From Planctomycetota bacterium (GTDB lineage Bacteria > Planctomycetota > GCA-002687715 > CAIWVZ01): a stretch of 64,000 nucleotides of DNA. The position numbers and the translations under genes are program-made. How positions within the stretch are numbered: the stretch's first letter is position 1; every line of letters begins with the position of its first letter. The notes beneath the pieces were generated by a model. That model ran no database searches. It was not told the origin of the DNA and worked only from the letters and a program-made list of their open reading frames with translations. Positions 1-9,393 of this stretch are shown one piece after another. The stretch lies in the NCBI GenBank assembly GCA_044222185.1, contig JBGANV010000006.1, positions 64,001-128,000 on the forward strand, read 5' to 3'.

Positions 1-282
1 ACCTTCCAGATCGTGTTCGACACGAACTCGGGGAGCATCCTGCTCGGCGGGCTCACGGGACTCGCGACCTACACCTCGCAGCAGTTGATCGGCATCAGCC
101 CCGGGGCCTCGGCGACGAATCCGGGACCGCGGACGTGGGCGCTGGGCGGACCGAACGCCATGTCGAGCCCCACGGACATGATCTACACGCTCACGACGGC
201 AGGGGCGGCGATCGCCGGCACCGGCGTGAACAACCTCCTCTTCTACCCGAATCTCGGCGGATACGACTGGACGGCGTTCTGA
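1..282 (+). CDS. 3' end of a probable secreted protein (5'-truncated by window edge)
   Basis: Frame is open from base 1 (TFQIVFDTNSGSILLGG...IGISPG...YDWTAF*) with the local codon usage. Gly/Thr/Ser-rich extracellular composition. Followed by a hairpin at ~298-321. Confidence 0.7.
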   Translation, partial: TFQIVFDTNSGSILLGGLTGLATYTSQQLIGISPGASATNPGPRTWALGGPNAMSSPTDMIYTLTTAGAAIAGTGVNNLLFYPNLGGYDWTAF

Positions 283-381
283 GGAGTGAGGCGCGGCATT
301 CGGGGCGTCCGGGCCCCGAATTCCCTCCGTCCGGGAGTGTTCATCGCCGCCTCGGCGACTAAGAAATCCACGAGGCGGCCG

Positions 382-408
382 TGAACCCGTGGGGGATTCC
401 CCCGTTGA
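382..408 (+). promoter_or_regulatory. Putative ECF-type autoregulatory promoter (TGAACC-N15-CGTTGA)
   Basis: AAC-containing -35 and CGT-containing -10, the usual ECF pattern, ending 6 nt before the ATG of the ECF sigma gene. Confidence 0.5.
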
Positions 409-414
409 CCAGCA

Positions 415-996
415 ATGGAACTCCCGCGTAACCTCCCCATCGTGACCGACTCTCAACATCTCGACGAACCGCTCTGGGACCGCGTGCGCGGCGCCCTGCG
501 GCGTTCGTTCTCGCGGTTTGGCGCCCAGCTCGACGAGCTGGACGACCTCGCCGAGGAGAGCCTCGCCAAGATCTTCGAGAAGCCGCGCACGTTCCCCGTG
601 CCGCAGATGCTGATGTCCTTCGCGCAGAAGGTCGGCCGCAACCTCTGGCTCGATCGGGTTCGCCGCGAGCGAACGCGGCCGCGTACGGTCAACGATCCGG
701 GGTTGCTCGCGGAGCGGATGGACGGCGCGGGGAACGCCGGGGAGCCGTCACGCGAGGCCGAAATGCGAGAGGACGCGGCGCGACTTCGCGCGGCGATCCA
801 ACGCCTGCCGAACCGCCACCGCCTCGTGCTCGAAGCGGTGCTGATCGACGGCCTCGGCTACGCGGACGTGGCAGTTCGGCTCGGCATTCCCCGCGGCACG
901 GTGAAGTCCCGAGTCCACTACGCGGTTCGCGAGGTCCGTCGCGTGCTGGGCATCGCGGCTCCGCTGGACGTGGCCGTGGAGGATCCGGCCGCATGA
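415..996 (+). CDS. RNA polymerase ECF sigma-70 factor
   Basis: Region 2-like DDLAEESLAKI...RNLWLDRVRR and region 4 HTH AIQRLPNRHRLVL...GLGYADVAVRLGIPRGTVKSRVHYA. Start could be GTG at 442. Confidence 0.92.
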   Translation: MELPRNLPIVTDSQHLDEPLWDRVRGALRRSFSRFGAQLDELDDLAEESLAKIFEKPRTFPVPQMLMSFAQKVGRNLWLDRVRRERTRPRTVNDPGLLAERMDGAGNAGEPSREAEMREDAARLRAAIQRLPNRHRLVLEAVLIDGLGYADVAVRLGIPRGTVKSRVHYAVREVRRVLGIAAPLDVAVEDPAA

Positions 997-2009
997 CCGT
1001 TCCGCGCGACGCGTGTACTTGGAGCCGGGGCAACATCGAGGCCTACATGCTCGAGCAACTCGCGGGCGAGGACCGACGTGCGCTCGACAGGCATCTCGCC
1101 ACGTGTTCGGCGTGCGCAGACGACGCGCGCGTCGTGGCGTGTGTCCTCGGCATGATTCGCGACGCGCGCTCCCCATCGGACGCGAGCACCGTCGTCCACC
1201 GCACCGGGGCACCCGCCGCGGTGGCGGCCCTCGGCGCGATCGTCGTCGTCCTTCTCATGCTGGGCCTCGAGCGGTCCATGGATCCACGCGACCCCGCGGG
1301 CCGGGGCGGGCCCGAGGTCGCCGCCGCCGGTCACGTCGCGAACGCTGCCGAGGTGGACTGGCTCGTCGCCGCTCAACGCGCGGACGGCTCGTGGGGGCCG
1401 TCCGACGCGCAACCCGTCACGGCGTGGACCGTGGGCATCACGGCACTCGGGGCCGCGAGTCTCCTGGACGACACGCTGTCAGGATCCGCACCGATCGTCG
1501 GTGCGGCGCGGCGAGCTTGCGCGTTCGTCGCGGCGCACGTGGATCGCTTCGGCGGCGTCGCGCAGGCGGAGAGCCTCTCGCCGCTCGCGCGAATGAAGAT
1601 CCAGGCGGCTGCGGCGGCGGCGCTCGCACGCGCGGCGCGGCGCTGGCCCGCGGAATTCGGGAGCCCGGGCGGCCGCACCGTCGAGCTGCTGCGATCGCTC
1701 CAGGCCCTCGATGGTGGCCCCGCGGCGTCCGACCGGTTCGCGACTCCGGAGCGAGCGCTGGCGACGGCGCTGTCCTGGCGCGCATTCAGCGATGCGTCGG
1801 GGCTGCGGCCTGCGGCCGCGGGCCTGGATCGCGCGGTCGCCGCAGCGGCGCGCGAATTGGCGAGATTCGAGCGCGGCCACTCATCGGCCGTCTCGCTACG
1901 CGCCGTGCTGAGTGATCCCGGCGCGACGGGGTCGATGGAGATGCGCATCCTCGACCTCGCGGCGCGCACCCTGAGTCTGCCCGAGCCGCGGCTCGTCGCA
2001 GGCCTTTGA
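993..2009 (+). CDS. Zinc-finger (ZAS/zf-HC2) transmembrane anti-sigma factor with a prenyltransferase/squalene-cyclase-like repeat
   Basis: ATGA overlap with the sigma gene; HLATCSAC (HxxxCxxC); TM segment VAALGAIVVVLLMLGL; VDWLVAAQRADGSW resembles the QW/prenyltransferase repeat. Confidence 0.8.
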   Translation: MTVPRDACTWSRGNIEAYMLEQLAGEDRRALDRHLATCSACADDARVVACVLGMIRDARSPSDASTVVHRTGAPAAVAALGAIVVVLLMLGLERSMDPRDPAGRGGPEVAAAGHVANAAEVDWLVAAQRADGSWGPSDAQPVTAWTVGITALGAASLLDDTLSGSAPIVGAARRACAFVAAHVDRFGGVAQAESLSPLARMKIQAAAAAALARAARRWPAEFGSPGGRTVELLRSLQALDGGPAASDRFATPERALATALSWRAFSDASGLRPAAAGLDRAVAAAARELARFERGHSSAVSLRAVLSDPGATGSMEMRILDLAARTLSLPEPRLVAGL

Positions 2010-2038
2010 CGGGGCCGGCCCGACCGAGGTGTCGAGCA

Positions 2039-3616
2039 TCACTCGGCGAGCGCGAACGACTGCCCGTCCCGCGTGAACTTCAGGTCGATGCTCTGGGGCT
2101 TTTCCCCACCGAGGAGACGCATGCTGACTGCGGCGCCCGTGGGATCGATCGAGATCGGGCCCGTGGACAACCGCAAGATGGGGTCCGCGGCCTTGTCGCA
2201 CAGCGCAACGAACGCCTCGCGTCGAGCCTGCGCTCGACCCGGCGCGGCGAACAAACTGTCGTAGAGCGCGAAGTCCCGGTTCTGGACGGCCTCACGCCAC
2301 GCGGCGACGAGACCCGTGAGGCGTTCGTTGTCCGTCGTGCCGCTCTCGGGTCTGGACTTCCGCGTGATCATCGCGAAGGAGTGCATGCACGTGGTGAGGG
2401 CGCTTTCGTGCTCGCGCATCTGATCCGTGCGAACGGCCGTCGAGATGACGAAGATCTGCTCGCCGCCGAACGTGACGATCGCGACGCCCCGATGCGTCGT
2501 CCCGTCGGGCGCGCTCGTCGTCACGGAAGCTTCGAGGGCCGGTTGCCCAGCGATCTTCGTCGTCGTGGGCCTTCCAAACGCGACCGTGAGTTTGCGCGCG
2601 ACGTAGGACGCCTGGAGGCGCGCGAAGAAGTTGTCGGCGATCGCCGGCAGATTCTCGGCCGTGAGTCGCTCGGGCGTGCTCGACCGATACCGGAACACGG
2701 AAAGCTCCGCCGGCGCCATGTTCGACGCTCCCTCCGGCTCGCCGAGCACGAACGAAAGAAGCGCATTGGCGCCGCGTGTCTCCCGATGAACCCGGAACGA
2801 GCCCGGCGCCAGCATGCTGAATCCGCCGCTGTCTTCCATGTGGAGGACGACATCCGCGCGGGGAGGTTCGGGCTGACCCGTGGGTTTGGATGCGGCTGCG
2901 GCGGTTTCGCCCGAGGGCGCGGCGACGACGCGCGGCTCCTGCGATTCGATGACCGAGCGCCGTGCCCACACTTCCTTCAGGGCCTCCTTGGGAACGCCCT
3001 GGCGGCTTAGCACCACGAGCTGATCGACGGTGATGTCGAACCGGCTCTCCGACGCTCGAATGCGGCGCACGATCTCGTCACCGGTCGCGCCCTCGCGCGC
3101 GATGCGCGTGATGTCGTCGAGCGTGATCGCAGCCGGTTTCGTATCGGCCCCGGAACGGCTGCCCGGCATGGACTTCTCGCGCAGTGCCCGCACCACCGCA
3201 GGGGAGACGCCCCGCTGCATGAGATTCAGCCATTGATCCGTCGCGAGCTGGAACGTGTTCTCCGAAGCCGCGATGAGTCCGATGATCTGGGAGTCGGGTA
3301 CTCCGGAGGACGTGAGATTCAGGATGTCCTCCACGTCCAGCTTCGTGGTGGCCGTCTTCTCGACGGCCGCACTCAGCCGCGCGACGATCGGCTCGGGGAC
3401 TCCGGCATCGGTGAGCTTCTTGACGTCTTCGCGCGTCACCGCGGGGGTGCCGTTGCGATCGAGAAGGGTCGTCAGCTCCTCGGTTCGAAACCCCGCCGAA
3501 TGAAGCCAGAGGATCTCGGAGACGGACGGCGGATTCGTGGACCGCCGGGTCTCCTGCGCGAATGCGCCGAGCGCAATCACCAGGGAGATGAAAGGGAGCA
3601 GGGCGGTTCTCTTCAT
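2039..3616 (-). CDS. Secreted hypothetical protein with three helical repeats and a PsbP-like region
   Basis: Start MKRTALL has a GGAGG RBS and signal peptide AFA|Q. Three repeats of the type DILNLTSSGVPDSQIIGLI...LMQRGVSPAVVRAL. GFSMLAPGSF...TKIAGQPA resembles PsbP/Mog1. Confidence 0.75.
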   Translation of the reverse strand: MKRTALLPFISLVIALGAFAQETRRSTNPPSVSEILWLHSAGFRTEELTTLLDRNGTPAVTREDVKKLTDAGVPEPIVARLSAAVEKTATTKLDVEDILNLTSSGVPDSQIIGLIAASENTFQLATDQWLNLMQRGVSPAVVRALREKSMPGSRSGADTKPAAITLDDITRIAREGATGDEIVRRIRASESRFDITVDQLVVLSRQGVPKEALKEVWARRSVIESQEPRVVAAPSGETAAAASKPTGQPEPPRADVVLHMEDSGGFSMLAPGSFRVHRETRGANALLSFVLGEPEGASNMAPAELSVFRYRSSTPERLTAENLPAIADNFFARLQASYVARKLTVAFGRPTTTKIAGQPALEASVTTSAPDGTTHRGVAIVTFGGEQIFVISTAVRTDQMREHESALTTCMHSFAMITRKSRPESGTTDNERLTGLVAAWREAVQNRDFALYDSLFAAPGRAQARREAFVALCDKAADPILRLSTGPISIDPTGAAVSMRLLGGEKPQSIDLKFTRDGQSFALAE

Positions 3617-3773
3617 GGACTTTGCCTCCCGGACATGAGATTTGCTCTCCCACCTATCGGGTCGGCCCGCCCTCGAACTTGACTTCTGGTGAATCTTCTC
3701 GGATGTCTTGGATTGTCGCCCGCGGTGAACCCGGTCGATCTTCTCGGTATCCCGTGCGCGACAGGACGACTTC

Positions 3774-5717
3774 ATGGCCCCGATGAGCATCGGTGACGGA
3801 CGACTTCTGATGGCCCTCACGACCCGTGAGTGGCTGATGACCGATGGGCGCGGTGGCTACTCGTTGGGGACCCATGCGGGCCTCAACACGCGCAAGTACC
3901 ACGGCCTTCTCGTCGTCTCGCGGCCGCCACCCGTCGGCCGCCTGATGCTGGTGTCACGCGTCGAGGACACGTTCGTCGCGGACGACGGCGTTCGGATCCC
4001 GCTCGACACGGGGTGTTACGAGCCCGGCATCCTCCATCCCGAGGGGTACCGCTCCCTCGTCGACTTCCATGCGAACCCCCTGCCGCAGTGGACCTACCGC
4101 GCCGCCGATCGGGAGATCCGCAAGACGCTGGCGTTCGACCCGACCGCCGAACGGCTGACGGTGCGGTGGGAGCTCGTCTCGGGTGAGCCCGGGGCCATCG
4201 AGGTCCGGCCGCTGCTGACGAGGCGCTCGCATCACGCCGTCGCGCGGGCCGGCGACTTCGATTCCCAGGTGGACGTCGAGCCGGGCCTCGTCCGCTGGCG
4301 ACCGCACGCGGGTGAGCCCGCGACCGTGATCCGTTTCGACGGCGCGGTGATCGACCCCACGCCCTACGTCTACGGGGACGTGCTGTACTCGCTCGAGAAG
4401 GAGCGCGGGTACGACGCCGTCGAGGACCTGCACGCCCCGGCGTTGATCCGCCTCGCGCTGACGCCGGCGCTCGCTGCCGAACTGCAGATCTCGGCCGAGG
4501 ATGCGCCGGCGCCGCGCGCTCGGTTGCCCGCACCGCGGGCGGGCCGTCCCATGCCGAAGGTCGGTCTGCTGGCGGAGGCGCGATCGGCGCTCGTCGCGGC
4601 GGCGGACCATTTCCTCATCAACGGGCCCGATGGCATGCCTGGCATCGTCGCCGGCTACCCGTGGTTCGAGGAGTGGGGGCGCGACACCATGCTGGCGATC
4701 CCGGGCCTCTGCCTCGCCACGGGGCGTGCCGCGCACGCCTGCGCCATGCTCGAAGCCTGGTCGCGGCGTCTCGGTCAGGGCCTGCTCCCCAATCGCGTCG
4801 GCGACCATCACTCGGTCGACACGAACGCGGCCGACGCTCCTCTCCTGTTCATCCGCGCGATCGAACTCGTCGACGTCGCGCTACGTGACCGCCGGAGAAT
4901 CGAGCAGCGGTTCTTCGCCGCCGTCAACTCGATTCTCGACTGGTACCACCGCGGAACGAAACACGGGATCGGCGTAGGAGCCGATGGGCTTCTTCGCGCA
5001 GGCGAACCCGGCGTGGCGTTGACGTGGATGGACGCCGTCGTCAACGGTGAGCCCGTGACCCCACGTCGCGGCAAGCCCGTGGAGTTGAACGCCCTGTACG
5101 CAGAGGCGTTGCGCTTTGGCGCCGAACTGGCGGACCGGCGCGCCGACGACGAACTCGGCGTCGTCTACCGCGAACGGGCCATGCGCCTCGAGATGGCGAT
5201 GCGCGATCGCTTCATCGATCAAAAGAGCGGCACCATTCGCGACGTGGTAGACCTGTCGGGCCCCGGAGATGCGGAGGCGTTCAGGCCGAACCTCCTTTTC
5301 GCACTTGCATCCAAGTCCACGCCGTTCACGACGGAGCAGGCAGAGCGCAACCTCGCGCGAGTCGAACTCGAACTCCTCACTCCCTATGGACTGCGCACGC
5401 TCTCGCCGCACCACGCGGCCTACAGCCCCAGGTACTTCGGCGATCAGGGAGCGCGTGACCGCGCCTATCACCAGGGCACGGTATGGCCGTGGATGATGGG
5501 GCTGTACGCCGATGCCCTCATCCAGACTCGCGGCGACAACGCCCGCACGCGGCAGAAGATCGAGGCTGCGCTCGTCCCGTTGCTGAAGTTCGTCGTCGAG
5601 CACGGGATCCTGCCGGAGGTGTTCGATGGCGATGCTCCGCACGCGCCCGGAGGTTGCCCCGCCCAGGCCTGGAGCGTGGCCGAAGTGCTTCGCGTCGTCG
5701 ACTGGTTGATGCGGTAG
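3774..5717 (+). CDS. Glycogen debranching enzyme (amylo-alpha-1,6-glucosidase, GDE_N + GDE_C type)
   Basis: REWLMTDGRGGY...TRKYHGLL, AGYPWFEEWGRDT, LTWMDA...TPRRGKPVELNAL, AYHQGTVWPW, PGGCPAQAWSVAE. Confidence 0.93.
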   Translation: MAPMSIGDGRLLMALTTREWLMTDGRGGYSLGTHAGLNTRKYHGLLVVSRPPPVGRLMLVSRVEDTFVADDGVRIPLDTGCYEPGILHPEGYRSLVDFHANPLPQWTYRAADREIRKTLAFDPTAERLTVRWELVSGEPGAIEVRPLLTRRSHHAVARAGDFDSQVDVEPGLVRWRPHAGEPATVIRFDGAVIDPTPYVYGDVLYSLEKERGYDAVEDLHAPALIRLALTPALAAELQISAEDAPAPRARLPAPRAGRPMPKVGLLAEARSALVAAADHFLINGPDGMPGIVAGYPWFEEWGRDTMLAIPGLCLATGRAAHACAMLEAWSRRLGQGLLPNRVGDHHSVDTNAADAPLLFIRAIELVDVALRDRRRIEQRFFAAVNSILDWYHRGTKHGIGVGADGLLRAGEPGVALTWMDAVVNGEPVTPRRGKPVELNALYAEALRFGAELADRRADDELGVVYRERAMRLEMAMRDRFIDQKSGTIRDVVDLSGPGDAEAFRPNLLFALASKSTPFTTEQAERNLARVELELLTPYGLRTLSPHHAAYSPRYFGDQGARDRAYHQGTVWPWMMGLYADALIQTRGDNARTRQKIEAALVPLLKFVVEHGILPEVFDGDAPHAPGGCPAQAWSVAEVLRVVDWLMR

Positions 5718-5726
5718 GCCGGCGCC

Positions 5727-7172
5727 TCAGCGGCGCTTCTCCGCGCTCACCGGCTCGACGAACTCCACCACGTATTGGCGTGCGATCGTCGCGTCGTCAT
5801 CCAGGCTCACCGTGGCGAGATAGCGCCGGCCCGGCATCACGACGAGGTCGGCAGGCAGGAACGCCACGCAGTTCGACACGCCGTATCCGCCGCTCGCGAC
5901 CCACGCGCGGCGCATCGTGAGTGGTGGGCCCGCCGGCAGGTAATGCGCATCGAGCGGTTGGATCGTGGCGGATGGCCGGACCTTCGCCGCCCAACGTCCG
6001 GCGACGAACGAGATGGACCACGCGCGGCTCGCACCGAAGAAATCCGTGGGAACGAAACCGGGCGGCGGATAACAGACCTCCTTCAATCCCTTGGGGACGG
6101 AACCGCTGCGATCCATCGACCACATCGCCGACCACGCGTGGGAGCACCCGAAGCCCGTCTTTCGCAGCGAGGGGTTGATGCACCAGCGGCGATGGCCCAG
6201 CGCCGTGATGTTCGATTCGTCGGAGTCGTCCATGTAGCCGTCGACGGAATCGGCCATGTCGCCGCCGACGTAGAGATTGCTGTTGCCGGCGCCGCGGCGG
6301 CCCTGCTCGTATCGCCCAGGCGGCAAGCCACCGGGGTCGGGAGGCGTGTGATCGAGGCGGTCGAGCTTCTCGCAGACCTCCGCGGCGGCGTTGCACAGGT
6401 CGGTCATCACCGGATCGAGAGTCACGTCCTCCCACGGGACTCCGCACAGGTAGCGGTACGCCTGGAGGCGCCGCAACGCCGCATGGCGACGCGGCGCGGC
6501 CGGATCGTCAGTGGGCAGACTCTCCGGCAGCGGCGCGGACAGGATCGATTCGATGCGCCGCCGGACTTCGGCCGCGGGCCGTGGATGCGGGACGAACCCG
6601 TTCAAGAGCTCGATCACCCCGCTCCGCCACTTCTGCGTCATCACGGTCTTCTTGTCGACCGCGAGCTTGGACGCTCCGTCGAGCGCTCCGCCGATCCACG
6701 TCGCCGTCCAGACTCGCGAGCCGTCCGCGCTCACCTCTTCGTAGGCGCCGGACAACTGGCCGAGCACGAAACTCGCCGTGATGAAGTGCCCGCCGTTCGG
6801 GTGCCAGCTCTGGTAGCCGCCTTCGAGCAATCCGCCGCGATAGGTCGCACTCACGCGCGCGCCGTCGGCCCGGGTCTCGTTCAAGTTGCCTTCGATCTTG
6901 CCGTTCAGGTACGTGGTGACGATGCCGCGCTTGCCGTTCGGCAGATAGGAGGTGAACGGGCCATCCAGAAGCCCATCCTTGTAGTGCGACTCGACGGCCA
7001 GGATCCCGTCGCGAAAGTACTCCTTGCAAAGTCCCGACCTGCGGCCCTTGGCGTCGACGCCGTACTGCGCCTTGAGGCCGCCCGTGTCCCAGGTCTCGAT
7101 CTTCTCTTCGGTCTGGGCGCACAGCGGTGCCGAGAGGACGAGCGCGACGACGAGTGGACGCCACACGTGCAT
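5727..7172 (-). CDS. Secreted protein: MORN-variant (YwqK-like) repeats fused to a CAP-like domain
   Basis: Signal MHVWRPLVVALVLSAPLCA|Q; repeats such as YKDGLLDGPFTSYLPNG; CAP-like AYRYLCGV...LDHTP...YMDDSDESNITALGHRRWCINP. Confidence 0.78.
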   Translation of the reverse strand: MHVWRPLVVALVLSAPLCAQTEEKIETWDTGGLKAQYGVDAKGRRSGLCKEYFRDGILAVESHYKDGLLDGPFTSYLPNGKRGIVTTYLNGKIEGNLNETRADGARVSATYRGGLLEGGYQSWHPNGGHFITASFVLGQLSGAYEEVSADGSRVWTATWIGGALDGASKLAVDKKTVMTQKWRSGVIELLNGFVPHPRPAAEVRRRIESILSAPLPESLPTDDPAAPRRHAALRRLQAYRYLCGVPWEDVTLDPVMTDLCNAAAEVCEKLDRLDHTPPDPGGLPPGRYEQGRRGAGNSNLYVGGDMADSVDGYMDDSDESNITALGHRRWCINPSLRKTGFGCSHAWSAMWSMDRSGSVPKGLKEVCYPPPGFVPTDFFGASRAWSISFVAGRWAAKVRPSATIQPLDAHYLPAGPPLTMRRAWVASGGYGVSNCVAFLPADLVVMPGRRYLATVSLDDDATIARQYVVEFVEPVSAEKRR

Positions 7173-7624
7173 GGTGGCGATGTTAGCCGAAGGAACGATC
7201 GGGGCTGGCTCGCGCTCGGTCCCTTCGACCGTGCCGGCGCGCCCGCCCGAGAAGCTTCCGCCACGGTCGACGTCGTTCCGATCTTCGACAGGTTCCGCGC
7301 GGCGCTCGCGGCGAACCGTGATGCGGCGTGGACCTGGATGATCGACATCCCGCACCCGGGGCTCATTGGGCACGCCTCGATGGCGCTTGCGGTCCTCGAT
7401 TACGTCGGGTGGTGATGACGGCGGGGGGCGCGGACAGGATTCGACCGACGACGCGCTGGTCGGCCTCGCGGGTGCAACGCTGCCCCCAGTGACTGAAGCT
7501 GTGGCGGGAGCGTGCGCGACCGAGCGCGATTTGGGAGGCCGGACGGTCGCCGTCCAAGAAACGAGTCTTTGCGCGGCAGCGGCCGAGCGGCGAAGATCCG
7601 ACGTCATCGGCCAGAGGAGACATC

Positions 7625-9343
7625 ATGAAGCTGACGTCGTTCGTTCTCGGGTTCGGGGCGCTCGTCGTCGGAGTCCCGGCGCAGACCACGCGCAACGTGC
7701 CGGGCCAGTACCCGACGGTGCAGGCGGCCATCAACGCGTGCGTCAACGGCGACACCGTGTTGATCGCGCCCGGCACGTACTCGGGCGGGATCAATTTCCT
7801 GGGGCGTGCGATCACCGTGAAGGGCTCGCAGCCGGCGCCCGCGACCGTGCTGCTCGGGACGGCCGGTGGTCGCGTCGTGACGTTCTCGACGGCGGAGAGC
7901 GCGGCGTCCATCCTCCGCGACGTGAAGGTCACGGGTGGCAACGGCGGGATCCTGATCCAGAACGCGTCGCCGACGATCACGAACTGCATCATCCAGAGCA
8001 ACGCGTCGACGACGGATGGCGGAGGCGTGGTGATTCACGCGAGCGGGGCCGGCTCATTCACGCCGACCATCTCGAACTGTGTGATCGGCGGGAACTCGGC
8101 GCTCAACAGCGGCGGCGGCGTCTTCGCCGACGCGACGAACGGGGCGGCGTTGCAGCTGTCCTGTGATGGGTTGTCGGTCGTGCAGAATGGTGCCGTCGGC
8201 CTCGTCGCGTCCAACACGGGTGCGGGGGGTGGGATCTACGTGACGTCGTCGGGGACGGCGACCTGCGCTCTCACGCTGTATCGGTCCACGGTCAGTCAGA
8301 ACTCTGCGGCCGGCAACGGGGGCGGCATTTACGCGTTGACCCCGACGATCGGATCCGCACTGACGATCCTGTCGTGCAGGATCCTCGACAACACGGCCGT
8401 CGTGAATTACGTGCCGCAGGGCGCGGGGGCTGGGATCGGTTCGGTGGCGGCGCAGACGACGCTCCAGAACACGCTCGTTGCCGGGAACGTCTCCAATTCG
8501 TTCGGTGGCGGCATGTTGATCGAGAATTCCGGTGTCGGACCGTCGGCGTCGATTCGCGGGTGTACGTTCGCGGACAACGTCGGGAGTTCGGCAGGAGTCG
8601 TGACGCAGGTCCCGCTGACGATCGAAGGCTCGATCTTCTGGGGCAACACAGGAGTTCAGGTTGCTCCGACGGCCAGCGGAGCGGTCAACGTCACGACGTC
8701 GGACATCCAATCCGGGATCTACACGAGTCTGTCCGGGAACATCACGGCCGACCCGCGCTTCGTCGACGCCGCGAACCGGGACTATCACCTCTCCCTCGGT
8801 TCGCCGTGCATCGACGTGGGCGGGAGCGGGGCAGGGCTCGCAGCTACGGACTGGGAGGGCACCGCGCGCGTCGTCGGCGCGGGGATGGACATGGGGTTCG
8901 ACGAAATCCCCGCCATCGGCCTCGCCGGGTCGAATGAGGACCTCGACCTCCTGGCGCGCATCAACGGCATCGGTGACCCCCACGTCACGAGCGTGGCCGC
9001 TCCCGCGAACAGCCAGCTTCGCCTGCAACTGCGTTCACCCGGCGGGACGTTCGTCGGGACGACACCGCTCGTGTTCGGCCGCGCCTACACCACGGGCGGG
9101 TTCATCGGCACCACCGCGGGATTTCCGACGATCCGCTTCGACATCGGGCCCTCGTTCCTGATGTTCGGCTCGTTCTCGCAGCCGTTCTACACGCCGGGTC
9201 TCCCCGCAGCCGGCGTGACGCTCGACTACGCCATCCCACCGGGCCTCGCCGGGACGACGCTGCGCGTGCAGGGATTCGCCGTCACGTCCATGGCGTCGAA
9301 CGCTCTCTTCGCCGCGAGCGAGGCGCACGACATCGTGTTCTGA
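7625..9343 (+). CDS. Secreted right-handed parallel beta-helix protein with shared C-terminal domain
   Basis: GAGGAG RBS; signal VPA|Q; VPGQYPTVQAAI...GDTVLIAPGTY; GGGI/NSA repeats; NITADPRFVD...DYHLSLGSPCIDVG...DMGFDE tail. Confidence 0.88.
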   Translation: MKLTSFVLGFGALVVGVPAQTTRNVPGQYPTVQAAINACVNGDTVLIAPGTYSGGINFLGRAITVKGSQPAPATVLLGTAGGRVVTFSTAESAASILRDVKVTGGNGGILIQNASPTITNCIIQSNASTTDGGGVVIHASGAGSFTPTISNCVIGGNSALNSGGGVFADATNGAALQLSCDGLSVVQNGAVGLVASNTGAGGGIYVTSSGTATCALTLYRSTVSQNSAAGNGGGIYALTPTIGSALTILSCRILDNTAVVNYVPQGAGAGIGSVAAQTTLQNTLVAGNVSNSFGGGMLIENSGVGPSASIRGCTFADNVGSSAGVVTQVPLTIEGSIFWGNTGVQVAPTASGAVNVTTSDIQSGIYTSLSGNITADPRFVDAANRDYHLSLGSPCIDVGGSGAGLAATDWEGTARVVGAGMDMGFDEIPAIGLAGSNEDLDLLARINGIGDPHVTSVAAPANSQLRLQLRSPGGTFVGTTPLVFGRAYTTGGFIGTTAGFPTIRFDIGPSFLMFGSFSQPFYTPGLPAAGVTLDYAIPPGLAGTTLRVQGFAVTSMASNALFAASEAHDIVF

Positions 9344-9393
9344 CGAGCCGACGCCGCGCGCGAGCGCTGCGGCATGCAGCCCCGAGGCCGCGG

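Noticed and set aside
3617-3820. Upstream extensions of ORF-track calls (e.g. starts at 3820, 7607, 14514, 23312, 37428, 51541, 54639, 55703)
   Set aside because: They overlap neighbouring genes or precede clear signal peptides and RBSs, so shorter starts were chosen.
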